A program made the position numbers and the translations under genes. The notes below the pieces were generated by a model. That model searched no databases. It was not told the DNA's origin and saw only the letters and a list, made by a program, of their open reading frames with translations. A DNA stretch of 64,000 nt from Oscillospiraceae bacterium (GTDB lineage: Bacteria; Bacillota; Clostridia; Oscillospirales; Oscillospiraceae): positions 6,241 through 70,240 of the forward strand of contig CACXMX010000002.1 of NCBI GenBank assembly GCA_902768805.1. Direction: 5' to 3'. Positions 28,383-37,231 of this stretch are shown piece by piece (within the stretch, counting starts at the first letter, position 1; each line of letters starts with the position of its first letter).

Positions 28383-28615
28383 CAGCTGTCTTCCGTGTCG
28401 AACGGCAGCTCCTCGGGTGCTCCGTCCGGCCCTTTTCGGAGTTTGACGACGACCTGCTCCGCGTCGGAGAGCTTTTCGGTGCATTTGCGGATCAGCTCCG
28501 ATCCCTCCGTGTAAAGGGCAAGCGATTCCTCCAGCGGCGTGTCTCCTCTTTCAAGAGAGTGAACGATCACATCCAGCCGGGAGAGCATCTCTTCAAATCG
28601 GGGTTCGTTATCCAT
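28382..28615 (-). CDS. xseB: exodeoxyribonuclease VII small subunit
   Basis: 77 aa. FEEMLSRLDVIVHSLERGDTPLEESLALYTEG matches the XseB pattern. Confidence 0.9.
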   Translation of the reverse strand: MDNEPRFEEMLSRLDVIVHSLERGDTPLEESLALYTEGSELIRKCTEKLSDAEQVVVKLRKGPDGAPEELPFDTEDS

Positions 28616-28621
28616 CCGGCC

Positions 28622-29686
28622 TCACCATTCCTCTTTGATAAACACGGCTGTCTCGTATTTGGCATTCCCGCACTTCGCGGTGAGCGTGATATAGTTGCGG
28701 CCCGGAAACACATTGAAGGTAGGCTTTATCGCGGTGAGCACGCCGTTTTTATCCACGCTGGCGTAGGCGGGGTCCGATACGGTCCATGTCACTTTGGCCG
28801 TGGAATAATCGATATTGTACAGCGTATAACCCATAGCCAGCGTATCGCCCACAGCCATCATCATATCGGGCTTGGCAACGCCCACATACGTGATCACGAT
28901 CCTGGGCGTCGTGTCCGACGGATCGGGCGTGGCCTGAAGCTGGGCGGGCGGCTGTTCCGTCACGCGTACCCAGCATCCGGAGTCCGCCGTACCGCATCTG
29001 CAGTGGATCAGCGCCGAACCCATCTTGTGAGCTACCACGAACCCCGTATCGGTCACGGAGGCTACGGAAGAATCATCGGAGGACCAGGTTACGGCGCTTC
29101 CCTCCGGCGTTACGACGCCCACGAGCTGGATCTCAAAGCCCCATGTGTTGTTCAGAGTGATGTCGGTCTTGACCTGGCCGCCGAAATAGATTGCGACCCT
29201 CGGCTCGGTGATCGTCAGATCGCAGCTGGCGGAGATATCCCCGATCGTGTAAGTGATCCTGGGTGAACCGGGCTTCCAGCAGGTGACAACTCCGTTGTCA
29301 TCCACGCTGGCCGAGCTGGCGTCGCTTGAGGTCCAGGCGCCTCCTCCGGTCCCGTTGTCGGTGACGGCCTGCAGCTGAAAGACAGAAGACGTCATAAACG
29401 AAAGCTTCGTGACCTCCTGTCCCTCACAGAACAGGCGCACGGTCATCGGCGCGGGAACGGGCGTGATCTCCGGAGTGGGCTCCGCGGTCGGTTCCGCCGT
29501 GGGGATTTCGGGAACGGCGGATGCATCGGCGACGGAAATAACGGGCGCGGGCGTCGCGGCGATGTCCGATACCGGTTCGGGGGTGGACGCCGTATCCGCT
29601 TTCTCTTCTTTCCCGCAGCCGGACATCAGCAGACAAAGCAGCAAAATCGGCAGAAGGATCCGGAAAAAGAAGGCTTTTCTTTTCAT
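28622..29686 (-). CDS. lipoprotein with three bacterial Ig-like (Big_2-type) domains
   Basis: 354 aa. Signal peptide with lipobox LLMSGC, Pro/Thr/Ala-rich linker, then three repeats with the ...W.SSD.S.ASVD.NGVVT... pattern. Confidence 0.8.
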   Translation of the reverse strand: MKRKAFFFRILLPILLLCLLMSGCGKEEKADTASTPEPVSDIAATPAPVISVADASAVPEIPTAEPTAEPTPEITPVPAPMTVRLFCEGQEVTKLSFMTSSVFQLQAVTDNGTGGGAWTSSDASSASVDDNGVVTCWKPGSPRITYTIGDISASCDLTITEPRVAIYFGGQVKTDITLNNTWGFEIQLVGVVTPEGSAVTWSSDDSSVASVTDTGFVVAHKMGSALIHCRCGTADSGCWVRVTEQPPAQLQATPDPSDTTPRIVITYVGVAKPDMMMAVGDTLAMGYTLYNIDYSTAKVTWTVSDPAYASVDKNGVLTAIKPTFNVFPGRNYITLTAKCGNAKYETAVFIKEEW

Positions 29687-30897
29687 TATGATTCCTCCGT
29701 TCTGTTTTCCACACGGCAGTTCAGGGCGCCTTCCGAAAGACGCACCCGCAAAAGGCTTCCCGGCGCGGCCTGCTCCGAACGGCGCACAACAGTCCCGTCG
29801 GGAAGAGTGACCACAGAGTAGCCGCGCGCCAGGACCCGGAGAGGGCTGAGGGCTTCAAGCGCCGAGACGAGCCGGATATACTTCTGCCTGTTCTCGGAAA
29901 GAACATGTCTTTCGGCCGCGTCCATGCGTTCCGCGAAGCGATCCACATCAAGCCTCCGCTGATCGATAAAGGCCATGGGACTTTCCATGATCGGGCGGGA
30001 AGACAGGCTCTCCAGCCGCCGCGCGCCGGAATCCAGGATCCTTCGCACGGCGCGGTCGGCGCGCAGCTGAGTGACCGCGAGAGATTCCAGGACCTTTTCC
30101 CGCTCAGGAACGGCCAGTTCGGCCGCGTTCGAAGGGGTGGCGGCGCGGCGGTCGGCAGTGAAATCGGCAATGGTAAAATCTGGCTCGTGCCCCACGGCGG
30201 AGATCACGGGTATCTCCGAGTCATAAATGGCCCGGGCCGTGACCTCTTCATTGAAAGCCCAAAGATCCTCCATGGATCCTCCGCCCCGCCCGGCGATGAT
30301 CAGATCCGCCACCTTCCACCGGTTGGCATATCGGATCGCCGCTGCGATCTCACGGGAAGCCTCCTCTCCCTGAACGCGTACCGGAAGGACTATGACCTTG
30401 GAAAGCGGCCAGCGCTTGCCGAGGACCCGGATGATATCCCGGACAGCCGCGCCCGAGGCGGAGGTGACGACCGCGATTCTCGAGGGCATGACGGGGATCG
30501 GCTTTTTGTGTTCCGAGGCGAACAGGCCTTCGCTCTGCAGGCGGGCTTTGAGCTGCTCGAACGCGACATACAGGTCTCCGACTCCGTCGGGCTGCATCTG
30601 ACGTACATAGAGCTGATATTTGCCGTCTCTGGCATATACCGAAACCTGTCCGGAGCAGAGCACGCTCATGCCGTTTTCCGGCCGGAATCTGACCCGTTCG
30701 GCGTCGCTGCGGAACATGACGCACGAGAGAGCGGCCTCGCTGTCTTTGAGAGTGAAATACCGGTGTCCCGAAGAATAGACCTTATAATTGGACAGCTCAC
30801 CGCGGACCAGCACACGCTTCAGCAAAGGGTCCAGATCTATGATATCCCTGATATGCGCGGTGAGCTCGCTGACCGATACGGGAGCGGTGTCCGTCAC
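29686..30897 (-). CDS. xseA: exodeoxyribonuclease VII large subunit
   Basis: 403 aa. N-terminal OB fold (VRGELSNYKVYSSGHRYFTLKD), catalytic core (ARGGGSMEDLWAFN). Confidence 0.93.
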   Translation of the reverse strand: MTDTAPVSVSELTAHIRDIIDLDPLLKRVLVRGELSNYKVYSSGHRYFTLKDSEAALSCVMFRSDAERVRFRPENGMSVLCSGQVSVYARDGKYQLYVRQMQPDGVGDLYVAFEQLKARLQSEGLFASEHKKPIPVMPSRIAVVTSASGAAVRDIIRVLGKRWPLSKVIVLPVRVQGEEASREIAAAIRYANRWKVADLIIAGRGGGSMEDLWAFNEEVTARAIYDSEIPVISAVGHEPDFTIADFTADRRAATPSNAAELAVPEREKVLESLAVTQLRADRAVRRILDSGARRLESLSSRPIMESPMAFIDQRRLDVDRFAERMDAAERHVLSENRQKYIRLVSALEALSPLRVLARGYSVVTLPDGTVVRRSEQAAPGSLLRVRLSEGALNCRVENRTEES

Positions 30898-31358
30898 GGT
30901 TCGTTCTCCTTCCCGGACACCGACGCATCGCGCTCCCTGAGGAAGCTGCCGAGGATGCCGTTGATAAAGCTGACGGTCTCCGGTTCGTCAAATTTCTTGG
31001 CCAGCTCCACAGCCTCGTTCACGGAGGCCGCGTCCGGAATATCGGGCATGTAAAGGATCTCGTAGATCGCGCACCGCAGAACGCTCAGCGCGGTTCGCGA
31101 GATGCGCGAGATCTTCCAGCCGCGGGAAAAGCGGGAGATATAGCCGTCCAGTTCTTCCCGGCGGTCGCGTACTCCCTCTACCAGCGCCCGAATATAGTTT
31201 TTCTGCTCCTCATCAGGGATCTCGGCAAACAGAAGATCCTCTGAAGGCAGAGCCCGGAAGTATTCTTCGTCAAAAAAGTCCTCCACGCCCAGATCGCTGC
31301 CGGAGGTGGCGGCGAAGCTGAGCTGGAGCGCCAGCTGCCGTGCGGCCGTTCTCGTCAT
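30894..31358 (-). CDS. nusB: transcription antitermination factor NusB
   Basis: 154 aa. TRTAARQLALQLSF..., INEAVELAKKF. Confidence 0.9.
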   Translation of the reverse strand: MTRTAARQLALQLSFAATSGSDLGVEDFFDEEYFRALPSEDLLFAEIPDEEQKNYIRALVEGVRDRREELDGYISRFSRGWKISRISRTALSVLRCAIYEILYMPDIPDAASVNEAVELAKKFDEPETVSFINGILGSFLRERDASVSGKENEP

Positions 31359-31365
31359 CGCGGAC

Positions 31366-31758
31366 TCAGCCTTTCATGTCGGCCTTGTCAAAGGCGATCC
31401 CGGTTACATGCACGTTGACGCGGACAGCAAGTCCCGTCATGGACTCCACGCTGGCCGCTGCCTGTTCCTGTATCTTTTTGGCCGTAACGGTAACACCGTA
31501 GCCGTAACGTACCATAATGGCCACATCAACGGTAATGACGTCTCCCTCGGAGGAGATCCTGATGCCTCTCGCCGCGTTTTTCAAGCCGAAACGTTCCGCA
31601 AGATCGGTACTGGTAGGGTTGGAAAGGCCCGACACACCTTCGATCTCGGAGATGGCCGCGCTGACCATCAAGGCAACGACGTCCTCCGAAATGCTGATAT
31701 CTCCCTTTTCCGTATGATTGGTCACATAGCTTTCGGGCATGATGGCATACCTCCCCAT
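31366..31758 (-). CDS. Asp23/Gls24 family envelope stress protein
   Basis: 130 aa. GDISISEDVVALMVSAAISEIEGV. It lies upstream of nusB, like B. subtilis yqhY. Confidence 0.85.
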   Translation of the reverse strand: MGRYAIMPESYVTNHTEKGDISISEDVVALMVSAAISEIEGVSGLSNPTSTDLAERFGLKNAARGIRISSEGDVITVDVAIMVRYGYGVTVTAKKIQEQAAASVESMTGLAVRVNVHVTGIAFDKADMKG

Positions 31759-31870
31759 AATTTCGAGTTATTGTATCATATCGGCCGCAAAAATAAAAGG
31801 GGGTACATCCATTTTCTTTATTCCCCGAAACGGCAGAAGCCTCTCCGCACCGGCGGAGAGGCTTCCGGGA

Positions 31871-32584
31871 TCATCCGAACAGACCGGCGATCCATTCGGA
31901 AATCGGGAGATAGGCGATGGGGAGAAAAATCGCCGGGAGCATATTGGCGACCTTTATGCGCGTCCTTCCCAGCTCCAGCATGTTGCATGCCATACCGATC
32001 AGGATGGTGCCTCCGATGGCGGACATTTCCGTCACCACAGCTTCGCTCAGCGCGGGCGCGACGAAGCCCGCCAGAAGGGTGAGTCCGCCCTGCATCACCA
32101 GAATAAACAGCACCGAACAGGTCACTCCGAAGCCCATGGCGGCTCCCAGCGCCATCGATGACACGAAATCAAGCGTGCTCTTTGCGAATATGATGCTGTA
32201 GTCCTTATGGATCCCGGCCTCCAGAGAGCCGACGATCGTCATAGATCCCACGCAGAACAGGATACAGGCGGAAACAAAGCCCTCCGTAAAGCGGGAGGAC
32301 GCGCCTTCCGACCTGACAAGCTTCCTGCGGAAATACTCCCCGGCGTTTTCTATGGCGTCGTCGATGCGCAGCGCTTCACCCAGCGCCGTGCCCACGGCCA
32401 TGCACAATATCACGCAGAGGATGTCTCCCGTCGCGACAGCGCTCGAAACGCCGATCACGACGGTGCATAGCCCCAGAGCGAACAGCAGGGCGTGCTGCAG
32501 GCTCTCCCTCAGCCTGCTGCTGAAAAATATACCGATCAGGCTTCCCGCCAAAACGGTCGCCATGTTTACGAATACGGCAATCAT
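31871..32584 (-). CDS. DUF554 family membrane protein
   Basis: 237 aa. The N-terminus MIAVFVNMATVLAGSLIGIFF and the overall hydrophobic pattern fit DUF554 (YdfK/YqgA-like). Confidence 0.7.
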   Translation of the reverse strand: MIAVFVNMATVLAGSLIGIFFSSRLRESLQHALLFALGLCTVVIGVSSAVATGDILCVILCMAVGTALGEALRIDDAIENAGEYFRRKLVRSEGASSRFTEGFVSACILFCVGSMTIVGSLEAGIHKDYSIIFAKSTLDFVSSMALGAAMGFGVTCSVLFILVMQGGLTLLAGFVAPALSEAVVTEMSAIGGTILIGMACNMLELGRTRIKVANMLPAIFLPIAYLPISEWIAGLFG

Positions 32585-32608
32585 AGCATCATTCCGCGCC
32601 CCGGGTTT

Positions 32609-34045
32609 TCAGCGCTCCCGATCGCCTTCAAGGCGGCTGGGAGAATTCTGCTGACGGTCCTCCCATTTGGGAATGTCATACAGCATCTGCCGCCGCAGCA
32701 GGGCGTAGCGTTCCGTATAGGTGTGATTCTTGTCGGCGAACCGCCAGAATCCCGATGTGGTCGGGTCTCCCGGGCCATCGCTGACAAAGCACTCCGGAAG
32801 AGCCGCTTTCAGCTCGCTGACCTGTGACTTCGGCACATGGTTGAACGTCCGCATACAGATCCGGACCATCTTAAGCGACGTCAGTCCGTATATCGGGGAG
32901 ATGTCTTTTACATTGGGCATGTCCCCTATATTGAGGTACTCTATTTTCTTCAGGCCCGAGAGCGGAGTCAGATCTTCTATATACGTATTCAGGAGCTCCA
33001 CGTACTCCAGATCCGGGCATCCGGCCAGAACGGATATGTCCTTGATCTTGGTGATGGACAGGATCACGATCTGAAGCTTCGGCAGATACTTTATGAAATC
33101 GACATTCGTGATATATCGGTTATGGCCGATATCCAGGTAAAGGATATCCGGCAGATATTTCAGACGCTCCGTGTGCTTGTCCCGCAGCAGCGGACAATGA
33201 AACAGGACCGTATCCGACATGAAGTTATAGCCTGCGATCTCAACGCTGAACACCACGTTGACAGAGGGAAATTCGTTCTTCAGCGCGACCATGGAGTCGT
33301 AGTCGGTAATGCCGCAGTCGTAAAAGCGCAGCAGTTCAAGCGAATTGAGAAACGGAAGGACCGCGCGGAAAGACGCTATGGCTTTGTTCCCCAGTTTCTG
33401 TTTGGAGTAGCGCAGTTCCGTGGTTTTCCATGAGGCCAGCTGTCCGTAAAGCTCCCAGCAGCAGTGAAATTCCGCGTTCGGCAGCTCATTTCTGATCCGG
33501 CCGACGGTTTCGGGCGAAAGCTGGGTGATGCCCGAATCGGGGATCATTCCCACAGCGCGGATGTTCGGAAACCTCGGCAGGAGCGCGATGACAGTTTCGA
33601 CATCCTCCTCGCTCATCTTCGACAGATCGAGTATGGCCGTATCACTGGGCAGCACATCTCCGAGCAGCTCTGTTTCCCAAAGCACATTCGCGTCGGGAAA
33701 AGAGTCACGGATGCGATCGATCTCCCAGTTCGCCAGTTCCGTCTGCCCGAGACGTATCTCTTTGAGATCGCGGAAGTACCGGCTGTTTTCACACAGCACA
33801 TCGGGAATGAACTCAAAGCGCGTCAGGTCGAGAGTAACCGTATCCGCGCTCACATTCGTGCCGCCGATATCCACCAGCGGGGCAGGCGTGGGAGACGGGG
33901 CGGGCGTCGGAGTCACGGCGGGGGACAGAGTCTGAATGACATCCAGCTCGCTCTTCGCCGAAGGCTTCTTCGCGCAGGCGCCGAGGAGAACGGCGGCCGG
34001 CAGCGCCAGGATCAGGATCAGGCGTTTTATCCGTTGATCGTTCAT
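32609..34045 (-). CDS. leucine-rich-repeat lipoprotein
   Basis: 478 aa. Lipobox LLGAC. Repeated L..L..L.L....I.D. units in the C-terminal half. Confidence 0.7.
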   Translation of the reverse strand: MNDQRIKRLILILALPAAVLLGACAKKPSAKSELDVIQTLSPAVTPTPAPSPTPAPLVDIGGTNVSADTVTLDLTRFEFIPDVLCENSRYFRDLKEIRLGQTELANWEIDRIRDSFPDANVLWETELLGDVLPSDTAILDLSKMSEEDVETVIALLPRFPNIRAVGMIPDSGITQLSPETVGRIRNELPNAEFHCCWELYGQLASWKTTELRYSKQKLGNKAIASFRAVLPFLNSLELLRFYDCGITDYDSMVALKNEFPSVNVVFSVEIAGYNFMSDTVLFHCPLLRDKHTERLKYLPDILYLDIGHNRYITNVDFIKYLPKLQIVILSITKIKDISVLAGCPDLEYVELLNTYIEDLTPLSGLKKIEYLNIGDMPNVKDISPIYGLTSLKMVRICMRTFNHVPKSQVSELKAALPECFVSDGPGDPTTSGFWRFADKNHTYTERYALLRRQMLYDIPKWEDRQQNSPSRLEGDRER

Positions 34046-34239
34046 TTGCGCTCCTTTCGCTGACGTACGATCAGCACGACGGATTCCGTGAACACAAGTA
34101 CAAGAAAAACACCGAAGGGCAGCTTGAACACATCTCTTCCGAGCATGTTCATGGCCGGATTGACGCGGTCAATGACCCACAAAACCATAAAAACGACCGC
34201 CGTATCCAGGCATATGTGCGGAAGAATCCTCTCGAACAT
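34042..34239 (-). CDS. small two-TM membrane protein
   Basis: 65 aa with two hydrophobic segments. ATGA overlap with the downstream LRR lipoprotein gene, and 3 nt from the upstream gene's stop. Confidence 0.5.
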   Translation of the reverse strand: MFERILPHICLDTAVVFMVLWVIDRVNPAMNMLGRDVFKLPFGVFLVLVFTESVVLIVRQRKERK

Positions 34240-34242
34240 GCC

Positions 34243-35223
34243 TTACCCCTCCCCATTCTCCGGACTGTCGGTGATATAGATGATATCGCTTACCGATCGC
34301 CCGTAAGGAAAGCTGATCAGTTCGCCGTCCCAGCACATACCGGCAGTCTGACCGCCGTCCAGGTTGTAGGCGGTCTCACAGCCCAGGCTCTCGAACAGCT
34401 CGGCGAGCTCCGTCATCGTCATGCCATGGGATCCGTAGGCTCCCCGTCCGTCCACCTGAACGAAATAATAATGACCGGGCTCGACATAGCCGATGGCGGA
34501 TCGCGGATTCTTGCGCACGACAGCGCTGTTGAATTTTGTCATGGCTTTTCCGTTTTCCAGCAGCCGCGGCCCGAAGCTCCACACCTGCCAGGGTGCCGCC
34601 TGAGTGAGCGCTTCAAGGTCCGTTTCCCGGTCGGAGAGAGTGAGCATGCGCCCGTCCCCGAGCAGGACGCAGACGTCTTCAAAACGGGTATCGCGGTACA
34701 GCAGTCCGTTTCTGACCACTATGCCCTCCCGGCGCGCGGAATAATAGTCACCCGATATGGCGATAACGGCATCGTTAGCTGACGCGATATCTGCCGCCAT
34801 GGACCGTGAACCGTAACCCTTTTCACCGAACGCGGACCGCAGATATTTCAGATCGGAAATATAGATGTCCGCGACATGGTAGGACAGCCCTTCCCTCTCC
34901 ACGTGGGTGAGCGTAACGGAAACATTGGCGCTCCGATAGGAGTTCTCGGTACGGATGACCTCCCCGTCGGTGAATCTGTCGGCAAATTTCTCTCCCCAAA
35001 CCCCGGAATAAACCCGCTCTGGTTCATCGTCCTCGGGCACGGGAGTCGGAGTCGACTCGGGAACAGGTGTGGGCGCGGGAGAGGGCGTTATGAGAACGAC
35101 CGGATCAACCTCCGCCGTTTCTCTCGGGAAATACGCGTCGCGCACATGGTGGAACCATGCGAACACGTTCAGTCCGACCGCTATGCACAGCAGATCCAGA
35201 AAAACCACGAGAGGCAGACTCAT
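34243..35223 (-). CDS. phosphodiester glycosidase (DUF2233/NAGPA) family protein
   Basis: N-terminal TM anchor and a C-terminal domain ending ...AYNLDGGQTAGM, typical of this family. ATG 35223 (GAGGA RBS) was preferred over the track's GTG at 35274. Confidence 0.75.
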   Translation of the reverse strand: MSLPLVVFLDLLCIAVGLNVFAWFHHVRDAYFPRETAEVDPVVLITPSPAPTPVPESTPTPVPEDDEPERVYSGVWGEKFADRFTDGEVIRTENSYRSANVSVTLTHVEREGLSYHVADIYISDLKYLRSAFGEKGYGSRSMAADIASANDAVIAISGDYYSARREGIVVRNGLLYRDTRFEDVCVLLGDGRMLTLSDRETDLEALTQAAPWQVWSFGPRLLENGKAMTKFNSAVVRKNPRSAIGYVEPGHYYFVQVDGRGAYGSHGMTMTELAELFESLGCETAYNLDGGQTAGMCWDGELISFPYGRSVSDIIYITDSPENGEG

Positions 35224-35322
35224 GTTTTTCCTCGCTCTGCGGCTTTTCCGGTGTTCTTTGTCCAATCGTTTCACCGCCGATCCGGCCGATCCGGTATTAC
35301 GGGATCGAAAATATTACTCTCA

Positions 35323-35351
35323 AAATTAACACAGTTGCCCTGCAGTGTCAA
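35323..35351 (-). promoter_or_regulatory. SigA-type promoter for the 35223-32609 gene set
   Basis: On the minus strand: TTGACA (35351-35346), 17-nt spacer, TAATTT (35328-35323). Confidence 0.45.
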
Positions 35352-35402
35352 CGCCGCGGAAGGCCTCTCCCGGAAATTGACATGAGCGCCCCGATTGTGC
35401 TA

Positions 35403-36227
35403 CTATGACCGCGTCCGGGACGGGGGGCCCAGCGCGAACATATACTGCTGGTATACGCCGCGGTACGGAGCGTACCTCTCGTCGGGAAATCCGTCGGGGT
35501 ATTCGAGACCTAGAGCCTTTCGTATCCTCGTATCCACCGGAAACACGTTCAGCCTGTGCAGAGCAAACAGCACCGTGCAGGACGCGACCTTCAGCCCCAC
35601 GCCGCGTATCCTCATCAGTTTCTCAATCGCCTCTTCATCCGATACTCCGTCAAAAGAGGAGAGTTCGAGCCCTCCGGCGACGGCATGTTCGGCCGCGGCC
35701 CTCACATATTCGCAGCGATATCCGAGCGCGCAGCCTTTCAGTTCTCCATCGCTCAACGCCGCTACCGCGGCAGGCCCGGGAAAGGAGAAATACTCCTCCC
35801 CCGCCCGATCGGTTCTTCGCTCTCCGGCCGAGCGGCACAGCAGATCCACCGAGCGCCTGATGGCGGGTATGTTCCGGTTCTGCGAGATGATGAAGCTCAC
35901 CAGTGTCTCCCAAAGATCCTGTCTGAGGATCCGGATCCCCCTTCCGATTTCGGCCGCCCGGTACAGATACGGGTCGGCTCTCTCCTCTATACGGGCTCGG
36001 ATCGCGGCGTAGTTCTCATCCAGAGCGAAGTATCCGCGCCATATTCGCTCATACTCCTCTTCGCCGCAGTCGAGCTCAAAGGTACTCTCACCGATGCGCG
36101 CGGCGCGCAGACAATGATCCCGGAAAGGGATCCGCCAGCTCTCCCGTCCCAGCGGCTCCCAGCGAAAGCACTGTCCGCTCTCCGCAATCTTTTTCAGGTC
36201 GAAATCGTCGTTCATCGTTATATTCAT
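35403..36227 (-). CDS. HhH-GPD DNA glycosylase (8-oxoguanine/3-methyladenine glycosylase-like)
   Basis: 274 aa. OGG-type N-terminus (GQCFRW), HhH-GPD core (LMRIRGVGLKVASCTVLFAL...FPVDTRI). Confidence 0.8.
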   Translation of the reverse strand: MNITMNDDFDLKKIAESGQCFRWEPLGRESWRIPFRDHCLRAARIGESTFELDCGEEEYERIWRGYFALDENYAAIRARIEERADPYLYRAAEIGRGIRILRQDLWETLVSFIISQNRNIPAIRRSVDLLCRSAGERRTDRAGEEYFSFPGPAAVAALSDGELKGCALGYRCEYVRAAAEHAVAGGLELSSFDGVSDEEAIEKLMRIRGVGLKVASCTVLFALHRLNVFPVDTRIRKALGLEYPDGFPDERYAPYRGVYQQYMFALGPPSRTRS

Positions 36228-36281
36228 GACGTACCTCTTCTCCCGAAAATCATAGCACGGATCCTTTTTTAAATCAAATAC

Positions 36282-36364
36282 GCGGGTATGATGGAATTGG
36301 CAGACATGCGAGATTTAGGTTCTCGTGCGAAAGCGTCGGGGTTCGAGTCCCCGTACCCGCACCA
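36282..36364 (+). tRNA. tRNA-Leu (anticodon UAG)
   Basis: 83 nt, folded by hand. Acceptor GCGGGTA/TACCCGC, anticodon stem CGAGA/TCTCG with loop TT-TAG-GT, long variable arm, T-arm GGGGTTCGAGTCCCC, encoded CCA. Confidence 0.9.
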
Positions 36365-36403
36365 AAAAGCAGGAATCCGCCATCGGCGGGTGCCTGCTTT
36401 TTT
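36365..36403. terminator. bidirectional intrinsic terminator (tRNA-Leu on plus, TetR gene on minus)
   Basis: Stem GCAGG..CCGCC / GGCGG..CCTGC, flanked by AAAAA (36364-36368) and TTTTTT (36398-36403). Confidence 0.75.
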
Positions 36404-36482
36404 AGAGACGGGGCTCGAACCCGAAGACTCCCGGCATGGCGCCGTGATACCGTTTGCGCGTACCGTCGAACGCTCCGGATCT

Positions 36483-36986
36483 TCAAAGCTTAAGTACTAT
36501 CTCATTCATCTGCTCTGGAGTCTCCGCAAAACCGCGCGAGATCCACTCGTCAAGCAATCCGAACAGGCCATAGGAATAAAAGCTGCTTGTATAGCTGTCC
36601 ACAGGGTCCGCGCTGTGATCCGGCATCATATATTCATAAAAAGAACGAAAAAGCGCCGACTGCAGATTCTGTCTGAACAGCAGTTCCAGCAACGGTTTTA
36701 TACTGTAATTAAACTGAAAAAAGGTCAGAGCGTTTTCGGTATTGAAACTCTTCTTTTTCTCGATGCTTTTTTCCTCCGTCCAACGTTCCCACAGTATTAT
36801 AAGCTTAAAAGAAAGGACCTCTTCCTTCGAACTGAAATTGCGGAAATAGGTCGTTCTGCCCACACCGGCAAGTCCGGCGATCTCCGGGATCGTGATCTTT
36901 TCCACCGGTTTTGATTCGAGCAGTTTTATCAGGGCGTCGGCCAGACATTCCTTCAGAAACGCGGTTGTTTTCGGACTCGCTCCCAT
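36483..36986 (-). CDS. TetR/AcrR family transcriptional regulator
   Basis: 167 aa. HTH ITIPEIAGLAGVGRTTYFRNFSSKEEV. Visibly AT-richer than the neighbouring genes. Confidence 0.88.
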   Translation of the reverse strand: MGASPKTTAFLKECLADALIKLLESKPVEKITIPEIAGLAGVGRTTYFRNFSSKEEVLSFKLIILWERWTEEKSIEKKKSFNTENALTFFQFNYSIKPLLELLFRQNLQSALFRSFYEYMMPDHSADPVDSYTSSFYSYGLFGLLDEWISRGFAETPEQMNEIVLKL

Positions 36987-37051
36987 AATCTGTTTCTCCT
37001 CTCCGGATGCGGTACGATTTGCTTGTTTCGTCTCATTTCCTTTGCAGACAG

Positions 37052-37101
37052 TTGAAGAAAAAAAGAAGACGAATATAATGAAATACGGTACTATCGTACC
37101 G
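37052..37101 (+). promoter_or_regulatory. candidate promoter plus palindromic operator in the TetR/dehydrogenase divergent region
   Basis: TTGAAG (37052-37057), 16-nt spacer, TATAAT (37074-37079). A 6-4-6 palindrome CGGTAC-TATC-GTACCG (37086-37101) follows immediately. Confidence 0.45.
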
Positions 37102-37231
37102 CTTTATCTTATCACACTTCAGGACGCGCAGCAATATGACCGCATACAGTCGATACGCAGGATCATCTCTTCCTGTTGTATTCATTTTGGGAAATCGGTA
37201 AACACAGCACGCGACGGAAAGGAGACAAAAC

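Noticed and set aside
35277-35294. Tandem CCGATCCGG x2 upstream of the phosphodiester-glycosidase gene
   Set aside because: There are only two 9-nt copies in a GC-rich leader. That is too short to distinguish from chance.
36405-36482. Possible second tRNA gene on the minus strand (T-arm-like CGGGTTCGAGCCCCG)
   Set aside because: Only a 4-bp T stem can form, with no complementary acceptor strands and no anticodon arm. I could not fold a cloverleaf. I kept it only as a possible tRNA or att remnant, mentioned in the islet finding.
36288-36914. 208-aa plus-strand ORF starting inside tRNA-Leu
   Set aside because: It overlaps the tRNA and the terminator and is antisense to a clear TetR gene.
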